DNA of 64,000 nucleotides from positions 9,636 to 73,635 of the forward strand of contig JAWOCD010000028.1 in assembly GCA_046483985.1 (NCBI GenBank), read 5' to 3'. A program made the position numbers and the translations under genes. Of the stretch, positions 58,790 through 64,000 are shown piece after piece. Within the stretch, counting starts at the first letter, position 1; each line of letters begins with the position of its first letter. The stretch is from Promethearchaeia archaeon. Its GTDB lineage: Archaea > Asgardarchaeota > Lokiarchaeia > Sigyniarchaeales > SOKP01. The notes beneath the pieces were generated by a model that was given only the letters and a program-made list of their open reading frames with translations, was not told where the DNA came from and made no database searches.

Positions 58790-60250
58790 ATGGAAACACA
58801 AGAAAAGGGGAATTCCATTGGAAACTCTTCAAATATGAAAAAAAGCACAGATAATGAAGCTAAGAGTAAAACTGATACCAATTTTATTATTAAAGTTTCT
58901 ATACTTATTGCACTTTTAACCAGTATCTTTACGGGATTAGCCTACAATGTTTATGCTATCATTCAGCCCGCCATCTTTGAAACACAACCCGCATGGAAAT
59001 TAAATGCTGCCATGGCAGGTGACCTTCTTTCCTCAATGGTCCTTTTGTTTGCTGGGGCTGGACTTATTGCCGGCTATTATGTTGATAGTATTTCCAAGAA
59101 GCCCGTTGCTATTCTCGGAGGGACTTTAACAGGGATAAGCTGCATATTTTCTGGTATTGCACAAAGTTGGGAGCTCTTCTTTCTTTCGCAAGTTTTTATT
59201 GCATTGGGGAATGGAATTATTAGTCCCGTAATCTTTGCGCTTATTTCAGACATTACCCCTCCGGAGAAGAGAGGAACTAACTATGGATTGGTCATCTTTT
59301 TTGGAGTTGTGGGAGGCTTAGTAGGAGGTGTACTATTTCTCGGATTTTTAGCTTTTGGGGAATGGCGAGCTCCCTATGTGTTAACGGGAATTATAATCCT
59401 ATTATTTTCTCTTATCTTGTTCCCAATACGATTGCCGAAGCGTGGAGCAAGTGAACATGCCTTAGAAGATGTTTTAAAAGAGGAGGGGGTAGAATATGAT
59501 TATTATATCAAACCAAAAGATATCCCCGAAATTTTAAAACGAAAATCTAATATCATTTTAATACTCAATTTTGCTGATGCTCTTCCCGGTGGAGTTTTTC
59601 TCTTTGCAACTTTGTGGCTGACTAGCGAACATAATTTAGGGCTTGGGGTGGCAGGAATCTTTGCAATTGTGCTTTTAGCCATTCGTTTTATAAGCCCACC
59701 AATTTGGGGAAAAGTTGCGGATATTGTATACGAAAAAAAACAAGATCCCCTTACGAGGATTAAATTTTGTCTAACATTATTAATCACCTATACGCCCATT
59801 TTCATTACCGCCGTATTAATACCGTGGCGAGCTCCCGATGGTGCTGGTCTCCCAGAATTACTTGCAATGCCTAATTTTGTCTTATTCTTAGTCTTGCTTT
59901 TTGTGGCGATATTTATTAGTTCTGGGAATCAACCCGTCTGGCAAAGCGCTATTAGTGAAATAAATTTACCTGAACATAGAGCCACCAGTTATCAACTAGC
60001 AAATTTTGTTGACCAATTGGGTGTATCCTTAGGTGCTTTTGTCGCTGGGCGTCTCATTGTTATTTTTGATAATGGGTATACAGTAGCCTTCATTTTCGCA
60101 GCTATTGCAGGTATACTTAATATTGTGACATGGTTTATTGCACTCTTTACCTATCGAGAGGATAAACAATATGTTGATAACATATTGGAAAAACGTGCTC
60201 AAGAACTCGGGAAAAGAGTAGATAAAACTCAAACAGCAAAAAAATCATAA
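58790..60250 (+). CDS. MFS transporter
   Basis: G.YVD..SKK motif A, ISDITPPEKRG, and 12 TM segments. Confidence 0.9.
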   Translation: METQEKGNSIGNSSNMKKSTDNEAKSKTDTNFIIKVSILIALLTSIFTGLAYNVYAIIQPAIFETQPAWKLNAAMAGDLLSSMVLLFAGAGLIAGYYVDSISKKPVAILGGTLTGISCIFSGIAQSWELFFLSQVFIALGNGIISPVIFALISDITPPEKRGTNYGLVIFFGVVGGLVGGVLFLGFLAFGEWRAPYVLTGIIILLFSLILFPIRLPKRGASEHALEDVLKEEGVEYDYYIKPKDIPEILKRKSNIILILNFADALPGGVFLFATLWLTSEHNLGLGVAGIFAIVLLAIRFISPPIWGKVADIVYEKKQDPLTRIKFCLTLLITYTPIFITAVLIPWRAPDGAGLPELLAMPNFVLFLVLLFVAIFISSGNQPVWQSAISEINLPEHRATSYQLANFVDQLGVSLGAFVAGRLIVIFDNGYTVAFIFAAIAGILNIVTWFIALFTYREDKQYVDNILEKRAQELGKRVDKTQTAKKS

Positions 60251-60280
60251 AATAATTAAAAAATTTTCTTTCTTTAGTTT

Positions 60281-61822
60281 TTAGTTGATTGCATTGATGG
60301 TAAATCTTTCTAATTCATTTCCTCCTAATTCGTATGCGGTAAAAGTTGCTTCTTCATTCTCTCCGTCAACTTCAATAATGTAATAATGATAGGCCTTAGT
60401 ACAGAATTCCGTTTTTCCTGAAAAACCCATATTATATGTATTATCCCATTTGCCATATTGGGGGTTTCGAAGATTTGCGCCTCCCCCTCCAGAGATTACA
60501 TAATTGACATCCCTATTAAAGGGGTCTTGATCCCATTGAATCTTTTGATGAGCCAAGACATGATTATGCCCATTGAATACAGCCTCTACACAATAGTTAT
60601 GGAATAAAGGACATTCATTCTTAATAATATCTGGATTATCATCTCCATCATCACCTTCTCTATCATCAAAAGGTGGTCGATGTAAAGAGACAAATGTAAA
60701 ATCATATGAGCTATTTCCAATATCGAGTTGTTGTTCTAACCAGTTTATATATTCTGTATTCTTTGAGCCCGCATGTGGATAACCGATAAAGATGAAAAAT
60801 GAATTTGAAAACCCGAAAGAATAACTAACCTCGTTTAATGAATATATATTGCTACTTGGGTTGTCTTCCTCTGGGAAATCTTGAATGTCTAATGCGGGTT
60901 GATCTTTCAAGTTCCATGAGTCATCATTATTCCACTCATGGTTACCAGAAGCTACAAAATAAGGAAGGTTTCTTGCGATATCTCTTATAGCATCAAAATG
61001 GATATTCCAGAGATTAATTTCATCATGTTCTCTGGCAGTATCTCCAGTATTAATAATAAATGAGAATTCATTGAAATCTAATTCCGTCTCCATTTGGTCT
61101 ATTAAACTATAATGTTGGTTTCCCACAATACGGTTACTTTCTCTTGAATCTCCGTAGAGGATAAACTTATATGAACTAGTGGTGCTATTGGGGGCTGTTT
61201 TAAAATCACTTAATTTATCTATAAATTTAGGGATTTGATAATAATAGCGAGTATCCGGATCTAAGTTAGTTAAAGTGATAGTATAATGATAATATCCATC
61301 ATAATCTCTTTTTTCTATTCGATTAAATGAATCTTCCAAATTCAATAAATCATGTGAGTCTGAAGGATCATCATGACCTTTTCCGAACTTTATTTTAAAA
61401 TCTTGCTTTTTTCTCGTTTCAAAACTGATAGTCATTGTAGTTCTGGGATCATCCATCCATGAAAGGTAGGGCCCTCGCTGTTGGGGGACGATCATACCAA
61501 CTGAATAAATAATTCCAAATATCGTTCCCAAAATCAATAATGGTAATAAAATACCCGCAAGAATCTTTGCCCGAAGAGAATAATTATTCTTCACCTTATT
61601 ATAGACCATATAAGCACTAATTAGTCCAAAAACACTCGAAACAATGATAGTTCCCAAGACCCAATAAATTGCATCATCGTCTGAACCAAGGTTTAAAAAT
61701 GCATCTCTGATAAAATCGTTTAAAGCAATTATCAATGTTCCTAAAAAGATGATACTAAATATCGCTGTTAGTAAAAATATGATTGAAAACTTCTTATTGG
61801 TATTTTTTTTAGTATTTGACAT
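60281..61822 (-). CDS. Purple acid phosphatase-like metallophosphoesterase with FN3 domain and 3 N-terminal TMs
   Basis: L.PDT.YYY, GDSR, TGD, GNHE, HRPP and GHNH motifs. Confidence 0.88.
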   Translation of the reverse strand: MSNTKKNTNKKFSIIFLLTAIFSIIFLGTLIIALNDFIRDAFLNLGSDDDAIYWVLGTIIVSSVFGLISAYMVYNKVKNNYSLRAKILAGILLPLLILGTIFGIIYSVGMIVPQQRGPYLSWMDDPRTTMTISFETRKKQDFKIKFGKGHDDPSDSHDLLNLEDSFNRIEKRDYDGYYHYTITLTNLDPDTRYYYQIPKFIDKLSDFKTAPNSTTSSYKFILYGDSRESNRIVGNQHYSLIDQMETELDFNEFSFIINTGDTAREHDEINLWNIHFDAIRDIARNLPYFVASGNHEWNNDDSWNLKDQPALDIQDFPEEDNPSSNIYSLNEVSYSFGFSNSFFIFIGYPHAGSKNTEYINWLEQQLDIGNSSYDFTFVSLHRPPFDDREGDDGDDNPDIIKNECPLFHNYCVEAVFNGHNHVLAHQKIQWDQDPFNRDVNYVISGGGGANLRNPQYGKWDNTYNMGFSGKTEFCTKAYHYYIIEVDGENEEATFTAYELGGNELERFTINAIN

Positions 61823-61973
61823 TTTTATCAGAAATATTATTATTCTATTGTTCTATAAATATTTTATTCTAAAAGGATAAAATAGTTTTGACTCCTCTTG
61901 ATAAAAAAATCCTTTGGCTTAAATTTAAATTATAATTTAAACTCTTAAAAATTCCTCTATTGATTAGATTATT

Positions 61974-62539
61974 ATGAATTCTCTGAATGAAAATGAAAAA
62001 TTTGAATCCATTAATCTGGACGGAATAATCTCAATTGTTACCTGAGCTAATTCGGGTATTGGAAAACAAACGGCTAAAAAATTGGCAAATATGGGTGCTC
62101 GAGTGGTCATGATTTGTCGTTCAAAGGAGCGTGGAGAAAAAGCACGTCAAGATATTATGGCAGATAATCCTAATGCGCAATTGGATTTAATTTTCTGTGA
62201 TTTTGTCGTCTTTCAGCGAAGTGCGGCAATTTGTCAAGGATTTTCAAACTAAATATGATAGTCTCCAGCTCCTAATAAATAATGCTGGAATTTATCATAG
62301 TAAATATAAAGTATCATAGTAAATATAAAGAGTGCGAGGATGGAATCGCTATGATGGCTGTAAATCATTTTTCTCCTTTTCTGCTTACAGACTTATTGTA
62401 ACCGATGTTGAAAACCAATTCATCTTCTCGAATTATTAATCTTAATTCTGGTCTTCACAAAATGGCCAAGTTGGACAAACAAGATTTAAAAAATCTTAAT
62501 AAGTGTAAAGATACTGGAATGAAGGGAATCTTTCATTAA
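61974..62539 (+). pseudogene. Short-chain dehydrogenase (retinol-DH-like) pseudogene
   Basis: IVT*ANSGIG (TGA replaces Gly at 62043), LINNAG and VNHF motifs in shifted frames, a 19-bp duplication at 62293-62330, and truncation. Confidence 0.88.
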
Positions 62540-62727
62540 AAAACCAAACCCCTAAAAAAGACCCACTCTCCTTCTCTATTTCTAAACAGATTATCCTAAG
62601 ATTGCTTTGTAGATAGTTTTGAAATGATAATCAAAATTTATAAAAGGATCATTGATTTTCTTAAACTAATACTACATGTCTATATGTAAATTCTTTTACA
62701 CATTTTTTTTTCAACTTAAAAAAATAT

Positions 62728-62828
62728 TATAAGATGGAACATAAACCAGAACACGAGAATAGCATGGAGGATAAAAGATATAAGATGGAACATAAACCAG
62801 AACCCGAGGATAGCATGGAGGATAAAAG
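62728..62828 (+). repeat. 51-bp tandem duplication spanning a start codon
   Basis: Encodes MEHKPEHENSMEDKRYK / MEHKPEPEDSMEDKSYT. ATGs at 62734 and 62785. Confidence 0.9.
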
Positions 62829-64000
62829 TTATACAGAAAAGCTAAAAAAAATAGGACTTCCTTCAGTTGTAATTCTTGGAATATCGGCCCTTACAGGAGC
62901 TGGGATCTATTCTCTAGTGGGGCATGCAACTGAGATTGCGGGACCAGCTGTAATTATGTCCCTTCTTATAGGTGCTATTTTTGCGCTCATTGTGACTAGC
63001 TTTTACTCCGAATTAGTTAGTATTAAGCCGCTTAATGGAGGCGGTTATATTTTCATAAAGGAGGCATTTGGACAAAAAGGCTTATATTTAGGGTGGCTAA
63101 CGTGGCTGGCAAATATGGCTTATGGAGCTTTAGTTGCCCATACCACTGCATCATTTGTAATAATTCTCTTTCAGATAGATCCTGTGTTTATTCAACCTAT
63201 TGCCATTTTATTCATTATCCTTATGGCGGGTGTTAATATTCGCGGTTCTAAGTTCCTATCAAAAGTTCAAATTCCTTTGACGTTTTCCCTTTTGATTTCG
63301 CTTATTATTGGTTCGATATATTTACTAATTAATCCCGATCCATCAATTTCTTGGAGTTTAAATTACTTCTTTCATAAAGGAATATTTTCTATAATACCAG
63401 CAGCAGCGTTATTATTTGTTGTATTTATTGGTTTCGAGGATATTTGTACAATCGCTAATGAAACAGAAAACCCCCGTAAAAATATTCCACGAGCTTATTA
63501 TATAATCCTTTCAATTACAACTATTGTGTATCTTATCGTCTTGATTTCTTTATACTTTTCTACAAGTATATCCGAGATAGTAAATAGTGAAATAGCTATT
63601 TTAGACGCCGTATCACAAAATTACATTATTTACTTCATCGTATTACTTGGCGCCATTTTCTCTTTATTCGCTACTTTGGGAGTATCCTTAATGGCACAGT
63701 CCCGAAATCTTGTAGGTCTTTCTGTCAATGATTTTGTAGATAGAAAATATGCTAAGATAGATGAAGATGCTAATGCGCCCACAAAGGCGATAAAACTATC
63801 TGCATTTATGACAATTTTAATATTATTAAGCGGACAAGTTGAATTCTATGCCTCAATCACGATTATCTCCTTTATGTGTGTGATAACTGGGTTAGCCTTA
63901 ACGATATTTAAATATAGAAAAACGAAAAAATATGACGAAGAAACATTTAAAGTCCCCCTTCACCCATATAGTACCATTATAGGAATTCTCATGTGTGGAT
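62734..64000 (+). CDS. APC-family amino acid permease (runs off window end), paralog of 56412-58406
   Basis: Not in ORF track. Translation gives LGISALTGAGIYSL, AGPAV, GWLTWLANMAYGALV and GFEDI. Confidence 0.9.
   Translation, partial: MEHKPEHENSMEDKRYKMEHKPEPEDSMEDKSYTEKLKKIGLPSVVILGISALTGAGIYSLVGHATEIAGPAVIMSLLIGAIFALIVTSFYSELVSIKPLNGGGYIFIKEAFGQKGLYLGWLTWLANMAYGALVAHTTASFVIILFQIDPVFIQPIAILFIILMAGVNIRGSKFLSKVQIPLTFSLLISLIIGSIYLLINPDPSISWSLNYFFHKGIFSIIPAAALLFVVFIGFEDICTIANETENPRKNIPRAYYIILSITTIVYLIVLISLYFSTSISEIVNSEIAILDAVSQNYIIYFIVLLGAIFSLFATLGVSLMAQSRNLVGLSVNDFVDRKYAKIDEDANAPTKAIKLSAFMTILILLSGQVEFYASITIISFMCVITGLALTIFKYRKTKKYDEETFKVPLHPYSTIIGILMCG

Noticed and set aside
440-60232. Short antisense or nested ORFs in the track (e.g. 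3156-3485, 5476-5889, 43290-43583, 49011-49334)
   Set aside because: They are shadows of longer, motif-supported genes.
62043-62045. In-frame TGA as possible selenocysteine
   Set aside because: It replaces the Gly of TGxxxGIG (GGA to TGA), and the gene also has frameshifts and a truncation, so it is a pseudogene.

Overview
AT-rich archaeal chromosomal window, very likely Asgard (Lokiarchaeia-like). This is inferred from eukaryotic-signature genes: an actin-family protein, a Rab-like small GTPase, two longin-like proteins, an Rpn11-like JAMM protein and a UFL1/PCI-like winged-helix repeat protein. It holds about 48 CDSs, including housekeeping genes (purH, guaB, folD, thrC, polyprenyl synthase, Ski2-like helicase), a Mn/Zn uptake locus with a perfect 20-bp operator-like palindrome, transporters and several C-terminally anchored surface enzymes. 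There is one intact ISAzo13-family element with TIRs and a 3-bp TSD, and two pseudogenes. The best non-coding signal is a dispersed family of at least 8 short IS200/IS605-end-derived palindromic elements. They have conserved 5' target pentamers (TTRAC or TTTAT), hairpins, GAAT...TCAA right ends and one tnpB-like scrap, and they form a tandem cluster upstream of guaB. The best protein signals are an actin homolog with a double zinc-ribbon insert and substituted hydrolysis residues, a JAMM-TPR plus C2HC zinc-finger gene pair, and a membrane-anchored HEPN-motif protein translationally coupled to a GH4 glycosidase. No rRNA, tRNA or CRISPR array was seen. All family calls are by motif recognition, without database searches.
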